The notes below the pieces were generated by a model. The model was not told the DNA's origin, ran no database searches, and worked only from the letters and a program-made list of their open reading frames with translations. Both the position numbers and the translations under genes were made by a program. Source: Octopus vulgaris (Eukaryota). Taken from it: a DNA stretch of 64,000 bases. Location: contig OX597826.1 of assembly GCA_951406725.2 (NCBI GenBank), forward strand, positions 82,212,001-82,276,000, in the 5' to 3' direction. Below are positions 25,930 through 40,777 of this stretch, piece after piece. Each line of letters starts with the position of its first letter. Within the stretch, counting starts at the first letter, position 1.

Positions 25930-27282
25930 GGTGTGTTTGAAAGAGGCATTACGCAGAAAACTATTTAAATCTTCAGTCGTGAAATTGTAATAAAACGTCT
26001 TTCAAATGAGAAATGTTTTCTTTATCTTTATTTTATTTCATTTTCAATTTTGTTTGAGAAACTAACAAATTATTCTGATCGAAATATTTCATTTAATGTT
26101 TTAAGTAATATTTTTCTTTAAGTATCTTCTAAATGAAATAAAAAAGAGAACCAAAACAAAGGAACAATATAAATTACTGCAAAGTAGAAAATTGTCTCTT
26201 TTTTTCTCTTCTCTTATTATCTCTTTAGCAACAATCTTTTCATTCAACAAAGTTATCAATTTTATTGTTAAAGCAAAATTCACCAACAGCTCCATAATTA
26301 CCAAATTTATCAACATCTAATTGAACGATTTACATGAATGATTATTAATATCATAGTTTGAAAAAAAAAAGTGTTGACAAAAACATACAAGCTAAATACT
26401 CATTACTCATAAACAGTTTAAAATACAAAGCATTGAAAATAGGGAAAGATCGACTCCTTAGTTTGGTAATCACGGGAAACCATTTTATTCTTTCAGTAGA
26501 GTCACGATACTTGGATCTTTTGTGATTTCCCTCACTGTTTACAGTTATCGTAAAAAAATGTTAAGGTATCATCTAGATGTAATTTTCGACGTTGAATCCG
26601 AATTTATTATTCGTTTATTCTTGAAAAATTTTGCAAAAATGTTACAGGCATTCAAAGTTTGATCATTTTCAGAATTTTCAGCCAATCAGAAAACAGCATG
26701 TTCGCTGCCTCTTCCATCATCAGGAGGGAGGGAGGGGGGCATCGCCATCTCAAAATATTAAAGTAGGATTTTATAAAATTAATTCTTTCTCGTATTTCCT
26801 TCTCTTTCTTGTGTGCGTGCGCAGTATCTTTGGTTACTATGTAAACAATTATTCACAATCAGCAACTCGTGGTGCGTATTTGCTTCTATGCAAATAGAAA
26901 TTTTCGTAACGGTGATATGTAAAATACTCGCTTCTGATTGGCTAAAATCTGATTGCAAATTTTAAAGGCTAATAACTTTTTTATTATGGATTTATAGGAA
27001 AAAGGAATTTCATTTTCATAATTAGTATACAAAACTTCGCAGTGTTTTGTCATGGAGAGAATTTCTCGCTGTAGTCAAATGGTGGATACACCAAGATCAG
27101 TTCGCAGCGCCACCTACGTAGACTTTGAAATGCCAGTATGTCGAAGTTATTACTTGCTCTTCGGTTACGGACACTAGGTAAAAGGGAACTGGTAAAAGGG
27201 ATTGTTTCTTTTATGCTATTTAAGTATAAAAACATCATTTCAGGAGCGTGTGCACCCGTGAACCCATCCGAACATTAATGCA

Positions 27283-27287
<5 letters not shown>

Positions 27288-27338
<51 letters not shown>
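27288..27338. repeat. (TG)n microsatellite
   Basis: Directly visible. Confidence 0.95.
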
Positions 27339-27339
<1 letters not shown>

Positions 27340-29957
27340 ATGTACCTCTATTACCCTATCACATATTTAATCTGCCAAAATAGCTCCTTAGAGTTGCCTG
27401 GATATTTCGTATGACATCATGTCTTTTCTGCTCTTTGTCGCTATAAACACCAGTGGCCTTTTCCTCTCTGTTTAGAACTGCTTGATGTCGGTTTTATACT
27501 AATGTAATCAATTTCTCTCCCCTTCCCCCACACTAGTTTCAGTTAAACAGACTAAGTCATAGCCGCTCCCTTATTAGGATTGAGTATGATGAATTTGTCC
27601 AGCTCGTGTAGTTAAGTAATTGATTGGATGTTAGTGTTAATGTACAATCCCTATTCTTAATTTATTTTTTATTTAATATTTTATTTTGGCTTGGATGAAA
27701 ATTTAGATTAATGGTTAAGGCTACAAGAAAACTATTTTATTATTATTCAGTGTTCAGAAAATCCAGAATTATCCAAGGAATATTGTTTCATTTAACGCAG
27801 CGTAAATTATAGTGATAAGACATGAAATGATTGGATATTATAGATATCACTAAATGTGCTTTAGTAGCGATTTAACAACACATTGCTTCACACAATATCG
27901 CATGAAAGGACATCTAAAATGATGTAGTAAGATGCAATAAGGCGTATTTGCGACATTCACATATCTCCGGGCAATATTCCACTTCTATAACGTGATATGC
28001 ACCACTGGAATAATGGTAGGATAGGAAACTTTCCAGTGAAGGAGAGTTAAATGTGCTAATTGGTTAATTTAGGAATGATAGGGTTAGTATAGAACCATTG
28101 AGCAATCAAACCCATTAAACTCACTTGCTATGATGATCTGGACGTACTTAATTAGTTGCTACACAATAATTCAAAACACAATTATTGTTTCTTTTGACGT
28201 TATTAATTTGTACACCAAAATTCCTTCTGTTAATTGATTCAATGCGATAAAATATTGGTTGGATACATATGAAATTGAATTATCAGACAGCATGGAAAAA
28301 AAAGTATATTATTGATGGTCTGAGATTCATTCGGACATAAAATAATTACTTCACATTCGATTAATTAGTGTACCGTCAGCTATCAAGGACTGTGCTAGGA
28401 ACCATAGTTAACCCACGGCACATGCCAAATAGTTTCATGTGTTACCATGAAGAGAACTAAGAACTCTTAGGCAGAATGTACTCAAATATTTGGAGACGCA
28501 TTGTACACATTCTAAACATAAAACTGGGAAAGGTCCCCAGTCCACTGCTTGATTGTATGACGACAGGAAGATCTCAATAACCTTATGAAACATGAACACG
28601 CTAACAGATAATATAAACTACAGAATTCAGATGACAATGGAATTTATTCAAAAAGAACAACGATTTCCATATATTTTAATCCTGAATATGTGAAAGAATA
28701 AAAGCGGATATTTACGAAAACTTATGGATTATTTGCACATCCTGTCATCTTAAACAGACAAAAATAAACACATCTTACAACTTAGTTAAGTGTTATGGGT
28801 CAGCGACGGTATGAAACAAAATCTAAGGAAAGTGGCCGATGGTCAGTGACGGCATAAGTCAGGCTCCATTATAACTGATCAGTAAGATATAGTGTGTAAG
28901 ATAGTATTCTGTCACAATTGGTAAAAGTTTCAGTAAATTTGATATTGAAAGAATCAGCAAAATACGTTATTCGAGTAAAGTTTTATTGTTCAATTTAAGT
29001 AAAATGGAGAATTAAGATATCAGTGTTAGTATAATACAGAATCCGAATAAGTGTTAGTTGCCAGTGTCGGTAAATATCACAAAATGGAGTTGTTATTGAT
29101 TGGCAATTATTTCAGAAACGATAGGTCAATCCCGAAACGTCAGATTTCTCCTCGAGTAACGATGTACAATCATGTCTAGTTAATACCAGTGACACATAAG
29201 CTGTTTGTACTTGGACAATAGCCACGAACTTAATATTCATGAAATGAATCTAGATATTGTACAAACGAGATAGTTTCTGGCCATGTTTACGGAAATATAA
29301 TTTCACATCATGTTACATACTACCGAGTTGTGGTTGTTGCATTCGGCGTTGAACTAACTGTGTCTCTCCACTTGAAGAATTTTTGTTGAAATTGTTCTTT
29401 TTTGCAACTGAAGTGTCTTTTGCTCTCTTTAGCTGTCAGGAGATGATGCTCACCATTAATCATTCTACTGCATGGGGAGTATCCTACCAAATCCTTCATC
29501 AGTTACAATTAATTATAATTTACTGAAGCATAATAAAACAATTGAAGGCCATAACTTGTCTTGTAACTAAATTGATGGCAGAGACCAGAAATATTTATTT
29601 CAAATGATATTGTTGACATGATCCTAATTCGATTCACATAATATCTTGGCAGATTTTCCTGTAGTTACGTTGACCAGTTTCATTTTAATGATTAGATTCC
29701 ATGCGTGGATCTAAATTTCATTAAATCTACCAGAACTTCCGCTGCCTAAATTATCCTTGAAAATTAATGGTTTTCTTTGACAAAAGGTTTGACTGGCAGG
29801 AAGACTTGGCGATGTAAACAAATAGATGCCAATTACACTTATTCAAAAAGAAGAATGAATTTTCAATGTTATTTCATTTTCTACGTAAATGAGATGAAAT
29901 CACGTTTATATATTTGTTGTGCAAGATTTTTTATGGGAAGTCGTGTGTTGAAACATA

Positions 29958-30095
29958 TATTGTTATATTTCGGAATGGTCATTTTGCCAGTTTAGCCAAT
30001 AAAAACACACGCACTATTTTCTTCATTTTGCCAGTTTAGTGCGTGTGTTTTTATTGGCTAAACTGGCAAAATGACCATTCCGAAATATAACAATA
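29958..30095. repeat. Perfect inverted repeat, 59 bp arms, 20 nt loop
   Basis: Arms 29958-30016 and 30037-30095. Confidence 0.95.
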
Positions 30096-31878
30096 AGAGA
30101 TGAAATCATTTTTATTTGAAACTTTGACCATCATAAATAACAAAAATTCTTGTTTTCTCGTAAAGATCGAAAAACTACATCAACTGTTTTGGACTTTAAT
30201 TGAAAAACGGAGCCGGAAAAAAATTTCGTTTGTTCGACAAAAGATTTTGTTATTCAACTTGCCACGTCTTTTTCATGACACTCTTCATTGGATAAAATAG
30301 ATTATTTAGACTTACGGTCTACAACAAAAATGGGCTGATGAATAATTTTCATTATAAATATTATATGGGGTCGATAAAGAAAGTACCAATATCGTATTAA
30401 ATTGCGTGAGTTTGAAGAATCATCATCACATAGCTCAAAATGTTTCGTTTGACTCTCAAGAGTCAAGTCTCATGGAATTCAACTTAGTCTAACATTCTTT
30501 CGAAATCGATAAAATTAATCACCAGCCAATGGTAAGGGATCTGTGGAATTGTCAGAACTGCAGACGAGATGCGCTGCGCTAGATTCTCCGAGTCTTCGCG
30601 TTACGGAGTCTTCGGTGTTACTCTTATTCTGACTCTCAGAATAACTTGGTTATTATGCACCTCTGGCTGAGTTCAGTTTCTTACAAGTATTCGAATCTGG
30701 TAATTTCTTTCCATCCATCCATCTTGCAGGTCCCGTACGTGGTGCAAAGACAGTGGCTCAAAGGTGCCACCCTGACTTTACTCACAAAACAGTTACACAC
30801 AGAAATGCTACAAACGATTAAGCAGTTTTCTAACACATCATGACTTCTGGTTAGGTTAAAACTTTAAAGGAAATTAAAAAAATGCCAGCCTTGGATTTAA
30901 CCACATCTACTCATCTGAGCTTATTCTTATTGTTGTTGTTTAACACCAGGTCAACTCTAACTGAAAATGCGTATGCTCACAAATCCTTCTCTTAGCTGTG
31001 GCAGATCCAAAGAGCCGAATATTAGTGTCGACATAATCAACGTATCTCTTCCACCCACCAAAATTGTTGGCCTTGTGTTTAAATTTGAAACCATTATTAT
31101 TATCATTATTATTATTATTATTGTTGTTGTTGTTGTTGTTGTCATCGTCGTTGGACAATGTTAAGAAAAGCATTTCAATGAACGTAAGACTAAAATATTC
31201 AAATCATCAGCGAAAATACATAATCTAGGGATAGAAGTCGGTTCACGCCGCGTAGACTTTCATTTTCTACATTTCTCGTTACTAGCCTCTCTCAAGATTT
31301 CCCACCAACTTGCTCCCTGTCATTTCTTTAATGATACTTCAACGTTACCTCATTTTTCCTACACCTGTTTCAATATTTAAATACATAATACTAGTAGCTT
31401 TGGCCGGGTTACGCAATATATCGGAAAATATGACCCAACACATGATATTATTTTCCTTGAAGACGTTAAGCCCTACACAAAATTTCAGCTACCAAAATCC
31501 CAGAAATGGCGTGGATTGAGTTATGACGTACGTTTAGGCATGTTTGTTTCGTTCTTACCGCTTCACAGGTAGACTTCGAAATCCCACTAACAAGCAACTC
31601 CATTAATTTCACTCCAGCACGCTCCCAACACTCTATTAAGCCGACCGCTTCCAGATACTGCCAAAATCTTATGCTTGCATCTAAACAGCGTTCCCTTCTC
31701 GTCTTAATTGTCCCGTGTAAAAGCAGTTCCCTTCCTTTCCCCTTTTCTTGCTGGGGATTTCTTTTCTTCATCCTTCTCCCTATGCTTCTCTCTTGCTCTT
31801 TTTCTGATGAAGTTCTAACGTACTCCTCACCTTTTTTATTGCTCAATATATTCAGTACACTGTTTATATTTGTACGCA

Positions 31879-31879
<1 letters not shown>

Positions 31880-31931
<52 letters not shown>

Positions 31932-32033
31932 CGGTACCCACACACATACATATGCATTTGAAAGTCTATGTGAAAAGAAGCGTACAGGTGATTTAAAAAG
32001 TAAATGTTATGAAATCTTTTATAAGGATGTTTC

Positions 32034-32098
<65 letters not shown>

Positions 32099-32180
32099 TA
32101 TACATACACGGGAGAAGGGTTGAGAGAGTGAAAAAGAGATAGATAGAGATAGATAGATAGATAGATAGAGAGGTAGATAG
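31880..32180. repeat. (TG)n, (TA)n, (GATA)n microsatellite cluster
   Basis: Directly visible; explains the spurious 256 aa ORF. Confidence 0.9.
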
Positions 32181-33206
32181 GAAGAGAGTGAGAGCATGGT
32201 TTTAGCGGGAATACCTTCCATTATAAGACTCTTCAATTAAGGTTCACTGGGAGTTAAACAAAAGCACCAGCAACACCACTACTATCAGTAACACTTCCAC
32301 TACCACAACGGCACGACACGACACCACCACTACACCACCACACCACCACACCACCACCGCCATCACTACGACAACGACAACAACAACAATTACAGCAACA
32401 AAAAACTGAAATATTAAAAAAGATTTCTGGTTGAATATCCTCCTGTATAGATTAGTTGGTGATAGACGTTGGTTTATACATAATCGTTGGGAAACAAAAT
32501 GGTGTCAACTGGGAATCTAAGCCTGGCATTTGAACTCTGGGGGAATATGGAGAGCAATATCTATCGAATATCAAAACATTTATGAAGCAGCCTGAGAAAT
32601 ATTGGTGGTATTAATCGTTGGTTAATATGATCGCATTATGAGGGTAGACATTCAGTGAAAATGCCTATTAGGTGAAATGGTATAAATCTCAGAGGAGATA
32701 TGGAGAAATTGTATGAGATATTGATTTTTTGGTTTACATTAGGTTTCAGTGGTGTAAAACTGCAGAAGCACATTTCGCCAGAGCTCCAACAGAACTGTCT
32801 GTGAACCATTCTCGATAAGTTTAGAGACAATGATTAGGCATTTACTACTCATCTTTCTACCAACGAAACATATCCAAGTACCAGAGGCTAATGAAGTACG
32901 CACAAACGATGCACAGGAAAAGTACACTTATACAGACTCACACAAAACAGCATACACAAACATACCCCGCCGTAAGTGCACTGACATTCGAATGAATACA
33001 CACACATCCGCATACGTGATTGCACAAACAAATATGTTGCGTTGTTTAACGAATGTCCATACGATTCCTCCTTATTGACTTTCGCCGTCAAAACATTGGT
33101 CGAAATATACAGAGAAAGAATCTTGGCAACATTGATTTACTGAAGGGTGGAACTTTTAAAATTGCATCACTTAATCATGGGAATATATATATAAACACAC
33201 ACTCAT

Positions 33207-33263
<57 letters not shown>

Positions 33264-34187
33264 CACACACACACGCACACACAACCACACATACAGACAC
33301 GTACATGTGCGTGTGTGTGTGCGTGTGCATATTAGCCCAGAACATGTGTGCGCTGACACACAATGCACACTCAATACGAAACTTTCCCTCCAAAAATGCT
33401 CTGAGCAACCTGTTCTTTTAAAAGTTAAGTATTTTCATAAAAGACTGTGAGTATATCAATTATTTTGTGAAATATATTGATGCCCAGACACATATATTTG
33501 ACAGCCAGTTGTTCGTTGAATATTCCAGAATAAGCAAATAGTGTCTTCAAGAGAATAACAATTCAAAGATTTTATCGTCCCTTCTGAAAGCATTAATGTA
33601 GATGATTATATCTTAAAAAGCAATTAGTTATTATAACCGTTAACATTACTATCAATTATGGTCCAGATATAGTTGGGGAGTGAAGTAGTAAGTCATTTTG
33701 CGAATATATACAGATGTTGCTTCGTGAATCATATACAGAGTTTCCTTAATAAAGAATTACAAAAAGGACAAGCCGCTGAAAGTGATCACGATTGCTACTA
33801 TCACATACCGAGAAGGATTTTGCCTATTTGATCAAGAGAATTTCATATTTCTCAATTGGCTGAAGAAGCAGTGACGTTTTTGTGCAGTTGTAGCACATTG
33901 CAACGATAATGAAGAGCTTGGAAAAAACTTTCACCTATGAAGATGTTGTTCGTTTATAATCTTTAGGATCATCTTTGTGCTATTTTAACTGTCAAAAAAA
34001 TTAGAATATTATCATTCGCTACCTATTTTGGGATTTTTGACTATTGACAGGTGATGACAATCTTGAAGCTGCAGTTTCTTTGATGCGCCTTTGTTTTGAA
34101 TGAGCAAAATAATTCAATTACTCGTCGGTAGATGATATACTAGATATAGGCTTAATTGTGCCGTTTATTATTATTATTAAGGAATAG

Positions 34188-34223
<36 letters not shown>

Positions 34224-35339
34224 GCAACTTGTATTTAAGGTTACAGGAACCATATTTACTGCTAGTTAAATCGAAAGTTATATCTAACTAATTGACAATA
34301 TTTTAATTCGCATTAACCGCAAGTTTGAATAATTACACCTTGAATTTCTATAGAAATTACTTTCTAATAACATGCATTTTATATCCATGTATGATTTGTA
34401 AAATGGAGAGGTCGATGATCAGCTAAAAACCGAGAACTGTGGAATGAAATATCCTATGAAGCTCTATAACGCTATAAAGTAAGAGTCTAGGCTCTGGCGA
34501 TTGAACTACGCAGTCCAGCATTTATCTTTTGTGATCATTCCTTATGGTTTAAACATATTTTTGAAGTAGTATATGATACAGCTATGTAATCTTACGATGG
34601 ATGTATTTTTATTCATTCTCAAGATTACTTTTTATAGATTGTCTAAAGGGAACTTGGCTCGAAAAGTTCAGTTGTTTACACAAAATTTAACGATTCCTTT
34701 ATCTACCAGCATAAATGATTATATGATCAATACAATTAAGAATATATTTATCCACAAATTCATAGAATTGGATGAATAGATTGTACATATATTCTAGAGG
34801 TTACGTTTCTGCACCAGTCTACCGAGAGATATACTGTTACCTGAACAAAATGCAGAAGTAATGGGCGAACTCAAAATTACTTCTCCGATATTGATGAACG
34901 TAGATGTCATCGATTTAATCATTCGCAATTCTTTGAGGAAAACAAATTAATGTGTTGATGTTTCATAAAAAGAATCTATTTTCACAGAAATGTGTGGTTG
35001 TTTTAAAGAAATTTATGATAAAAAAGAGACGAGACATGCGTGCCTTGAAGTGTAGTGAAAACTATTAAATCAGTCAGCAGTGAAATCAGATGGAATTTTA
35101 TCTCTAGCTAAAAACATTACCTCTGAATTACTGAGATGCTATGAGATGGCGAAACTTTTGTCATGTTAATCGCACTTGTGGAGCAGCAAAAACCCACAAC
35201 AAAAATAGAAAGCCATTACACATACACTTTTACAATCACAGACAGACAGAGAAAAACTTATACTAATACAAGAATTGGTTCGTGTATACATGCATACACA
35301 CAGACACACAGACCTACCAACATTAAGACATACATAAAT

Positions 35340-35366
35340 GCATGCATACATACATACATACATACA

Positions 35367-35397
<31 letters not shown>

Positions 35398-35607
35398 GTT
35401 TATCAAAATGTATGTATTTGTTTATATACATGTATACATATGTGTATGTATGTGCATAGACCTATATATATATGTATATATATATGTATATATATATATG
35501 TGTGTGTATATATATACACATATATATATGTATATATATATACACACACACACACATATATATATATATGTATATGTATAAATACAGGGATAGACAGGTA
35601 GGTTTAA

Positions 35608-35664
<57 letters not shown>

Positions 35665-36016
35665 CATGTGTGTATATGTATACATATATGTATATGTATA
35701 CAAGCACTCGATGAAATTAGTTGCTGAGGTGAGAATTTCCTTCTCATTCAAGTGCAAATTTATAACAAGGCAAGAAAGTTGTTAATAAATGTTTCAAAGG
35801 TAAATATATTCTCCTCACGACATTTACTGATACTAGATCTACGTAGACAAACAACGAACTCGACCCTCAACACACACACATATTTACTCACACAAACACA
35901 CACACACAAATAAAAACATATATGTAATTGTGAGTATAGATGTTTGCGCATACATAGATATATACATACACATATATGCACACACACACACACATATATA
36001 TATACATACATACATT

Positions 36017-36077
<61 letters not shown>

Positions 36078-36759
36078 ATATACATATATACATACTTATA
36101 CACACACACGCTCACACACACACATACATATTGTTAACCTCGGCCTTTTTGATGCTACGCTTTTAAAATAGTTGATTTCTATACAACGATTTTCTTGTCA
36201 AGACTGTGGTAGGTTGGAACTGTTTGTCTGAAAAGACAATTTTAAATTTTAGCAATTAGCACTTCCTTCGAAGAATATTCAGGAACAGACTGGAGATTTT
36301 GTTTGATGTAGCTGATGCTGTTAATGTGGTTGTTGTTTCGCTGGTGCGTCTCGTTTTTGATGTCGACTGAGTGTTGTTATTTCCCTTTTATTAGAAACTG
36401 AAATAATTCTTTATAATTTATTTTTCATATCCTGCAGGAATGTTTTTCCAAAATTAAAATTAAGAGTTTCTTTTTCTCATTTTTGTGTATGTTTTTCACT
36501 AATTAATTTTTTTTTGTCACTAAGCTCTAAGTATTATTTTACATAACGAAATAATTTTTGCACAAATTTGTTCGATCTCGTGAGAAGTACACGTATATTT
36601 GTACATGTTTACGTATGCATATATATGTATATATATTTACGATATATACACACACATAGATATATTTATACATACTTATATATTCAAATATACAGACATA
36701 AATATATATATATATATATATATGCATATATATATATATATCGTACATACATACATACA

Positions 36760-36811
<52 letters not shown>

Positions 36812-36812
36812 C
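35340..36812. repeat. Extended (CATA)n/(TA)n/(CA)n microsatellite cluster with unique spacers
   Basis: Directly visible. Confidence 0.85.
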
Positions 36813-37396
36813 GCACATATACATTAATTCGCCAATGTCTATATATGTGTATAATCAGTACAAAATGTCGAGGATGTTCAAACCGATAACTCATAAAACA
36901 TCTTAAACTGTAAACAAGAAAGAACTAAAAGAAAACATTCAATGAAAATTTTTAACAATCAATGAATACGTATTTCATTGATATTCAATAAACTATATTT
37001 TTTGAAGGGAAGTTGATATTTTTATTGGTTTCTCAAGGCAATTTATCAGTAATAGTGAACTAATTATAACTGAAACTAATATTATTGGTGTAATGAAAAT
37101 ACACGGAAAAGAATCGAAAAGGTTTATGGAGATAATTCGAAAGTGGAACAGTTCTCCTTCACATTTTGCTTTAAAATATAGGGTAAGTGTAACGTTGCAG
37201 TTAGAAACATTTGTCAGGCTGAGATGGGAAATGTTTTCTGATGTTGATGAGTCAGTGATGTAAATTTGAAATGATGAGCGAGTCAAGAGAAAAGAATACA
37301 TAGAATAATATATAGGAGGTGGAACAGATTAGAAAGTGAGACACAATTTCTTAGGGAAAGAATTTGTAAATCCTCATAGGCATGTCTGAAAAACTA

Positions 37397-37434
<38 letters not shown>

Positions 37435-38629
37435 GAGAGGGGGAGAGAGGGAGGGAGGGAGAGAGAGAGTTGTTAGATAAGAACAAGGGCAGGTAAAAAG
37501 GCTATACCAAGTAATAATACAAGTAAATTTGAAAATCATTGAAGAGAAAGCGTTATGGCTATATTTTACCTCATTTTCATATTATGTCGCGGTAGGTCAA
37601 AATATTTATGAACTTCTGACTATAAATCTCTAGAGATCATCGTATTGGTTGGGGTCAGTGAGAAGAGATCACATTTTAGTGAAGTCTCAAAAAGAAAATT
37701 TCACTTTTTTTCTTTGCTTCTCCAATATTTACAGGATTTGCCGATACACCAAGCCATACGTACACATCTCTCTGATCTGGTTGTCTCTGTCTCATTCTCG
37801 AAAGGCCAGTACTATGATTATAGATAAACTAGATTAGATCATCCCTTTATCCTGATATATCTAACCGGATATTATCTAATGTGTTATTCCGGTTTTATGA
37901 AGATTTCATTTCTATGAAAGAACTTCTTTATTGTTTCTATCAAGCTGACGAAATAGTCGCCACATCTACGGCTGGTATTTGAATTGGTGTTATTCTGAAT
38001 GACATACACCACTGAATACTTAAATGCCGAACAGAATTATCTCCACCCATGAAATTGACCCAGAGTTAATTCCTTTGAAACACATTTTATCAACAGACAA
38101 ATTTTAATTTGTAATTCTTTTATTACTTATTCTATGAAAATTCAGTTATTTGGTCTTGGCCTTTGTTCGAACGAAAAACTAAGAATTTGAACTCAAGGCA
38201 CCAATAGTTTGAACAAAAGAAATGAAATGTTAACACCTTTGACATACGCGGCTTAGAATCTTTTATGCAAGTAATAGCCTCGTTCTGTCCCAGAAAAAAA
38301 AATAATGTTGGTTTTCGAAATGCTTCATTAACAGGTTCTATTAACATGTGTTTATATGTGTGTATGTGTGTGCATGTCTGTATGTGTGTATATGTTTATA
38401 TAAGCATATGTGTATGAATTCAAAAGCGTGAGCCTGAAGCGGCCGTTCTCGCAGGTGTTGTTCACAAAGGATTTTAAGCGAAAGGACATAAGGCTTAGAG
38501 TTTCCTTCAAACTTTCATTTCATATTTCAAACATATTCAGGCCGTGGATATTCAAATGTTATTTAACGAACTGCTCTCCTTGGGAAATATATGATTGTCA
38601 TCTCACTGTTTCTTCTATTTACCTTAACT

Positions 38630-38908
38630 GACACTGCGTCGGTTACGACGCCGAGGGTTCCAGTTGATCCGATCAGCAGAACAACCAGCTCATGAAACTG
38701 CCGTGCAAGTGGCTGATCCCTACACTGACACGTGTAGCCTTAACGTAGTTCTCCCAGAAGTTCATCATGGTACAGAATGTGACAGGGTTGACCCTTTGAA
38801 TTAGAGATAGAACTAATTTCTGCCAGTTGAGGGTAAAAGTGTCTTGCTCAAGGACACAACCCACTACCAGCAATCGGACTTAGGACTGTGAGCCGAATAC
38901 CCTAAACA
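38630..38908 (-). mobile_element. tRNA-derived SINE (second family), decayed
   Basis: Minus-strand head tttagggtattcggctcacagtcc...gggttgtgtccttgagcaagacactt (CORE-like 'gtccttgagcaagacac' block) followed by a body. Confidence 0.65.
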
Positions 38909-40677
38909 TATTTAGTCGAACAGTGCACTGACTAACTCATTTGCCCCCAACAATGAAATATGTGTGTTCTTTGGTAAGCTAGATTAAACAGTTTTCTGGT
39001 TTCCCTGTCTGCCCTATTCGTGTTTGCAGCCTGGCTTTGATTGCCCATGGAAGCCATTTCTCTCTTATACGCTGACTATTTACACCATTGATGCAGTTGA
39101 CTTCTCATTATTACTTTGTAATAATGAGATGGCTTCCGTATAGTCAGGCGAATTGCTAGAAAAAAAACCCAAATCTGCGTCAAATGACAGCAATACTGGA
39201 AGAAGACTTTAGATAATGTATATCTAGATTCTTCGTAAAGAGACGGTATGGGCATGGCTGGAATGCTTTTCTTTTATCATAGGTCTGCTCTATACGACCA
39301 CATTATTGTAAAAATACCGGAATTTGCGTTTGGACAGACGAAAAAACAATGCATTTATTTGCATTAAAATTACCTTCTTTCATATTTCATGATGTTATCC
39401 ATACATATTTACTTTTTGATCAACGTATATTATAGATCCCCTCTCTATTGCTAATTTGTCGATAAAATGTTGACATTCAGTCGACGCCGTATAAAATCAT
39501 GAGAAGAATATATAAAGAGAGAAAATGCCTTATTACGAAATAAATGTCTCAGTCATTTTTATTTCCTTTACTAAAAGTCTTGGAGTATAAAATGCTTTTA
39601 TTGGTTTAATAAGGAAACGAAATATTGTTCCTTTACATTTAACGATACTATGACAAGTTTATGTCAGATCTAATTTGATAATACTTCGATCACATCACAA
39701 ACTCACTAAAGTTTTGTTTGCGGTGAAATATTTGTATAGCAAGGCTTGTATGGACTGTTTATTGTTAGTCATTAAAAACAGTTGTTTGGAAGGCATCACA
39801 AACTTTTCTTCCGAATATATGTTTTCTTATGGGACTTTTATAGCTGGAAGAAAAAGTAGGAATGGAATGCCGAATTTTAATCTAAAGAAGCAACGACTGA
39901 GTTCTATACTTACAAACAAACATATGTATTGGAAGAGGCGAACGGTTTCGAATTTAATAGTTGCTTAACATTTGAAACTGTGGAGTCGATGTGCTGACAG
40001 ATTGTACAGTTGAGAATTAATAGCTTGTGAGCTTTCAGACATGTCATTAATAATTTTCAATAATCTTACATTTTGCATTGCAATTCGTCCTGAAGAGTAT
40101 CAAGAAAACAGAAGTGTCAGCACATTTCTAAGGACAATTCAATTAAACTTCATTCTTCAGTTTAGGTCTTATTCGAGCAAAAAATCAAAGTTTATCAGTG
40201 AGTGTTCTTTGCTGGTAGGCTTGGCATTGCGTACATTAACTTCAAAGACTTTTCGGAAAGTTTACCCATTAAATATCTATAGGGTTGAAGAGCTTTCATC
40301 GATAGTTATTTTGGCTATTTTCAGGGAAGCCTTCATTGGAAAATAAAGAACTATGAACAAAGATATGACCGATTTCATCAGCAGATATTTTTCATGTCAA
40401 ATTGTATCTTGGGTTATACAATCCATTCTAACCAACCTTTTTATTAAACTCTTAGAGATTAAAACCACTGCGTAGGAACATTCGTTTGTTCATGAATAAG
40501 AATAGCGAATATAATCGGGCTTGCTTCCACGGGCTGTACATAAGCCAGTCACTTTCTTTATTATGTTATGAAACCATTTTGATGTCCTTTGAACAGAAAC
40601 TATACATTATAAAGAAGATAAACACATTATAATATCTAAAATGGTTATATTTTCTGAATGTAATCAGTTCAATAATT

Positions 40678-40777
<100 letters not shown>

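Noticed and set aside
26560-27060. Possible MITE with agccaatcagaa/ttctgattggct inverted motifs
   Set aside because: Only a 12 bp inverted match; termini and TSD could not be defined
31466-32236. 256 aa minus-strand ORF
   Set aside because: Runs through three microsatellites; no recognisable domain
34480-34960. Possible Helitron helicase relic (LDE.IVHIF...DILLPEQN)
   Set aside because: Resemblance is too weak to support without a profile search
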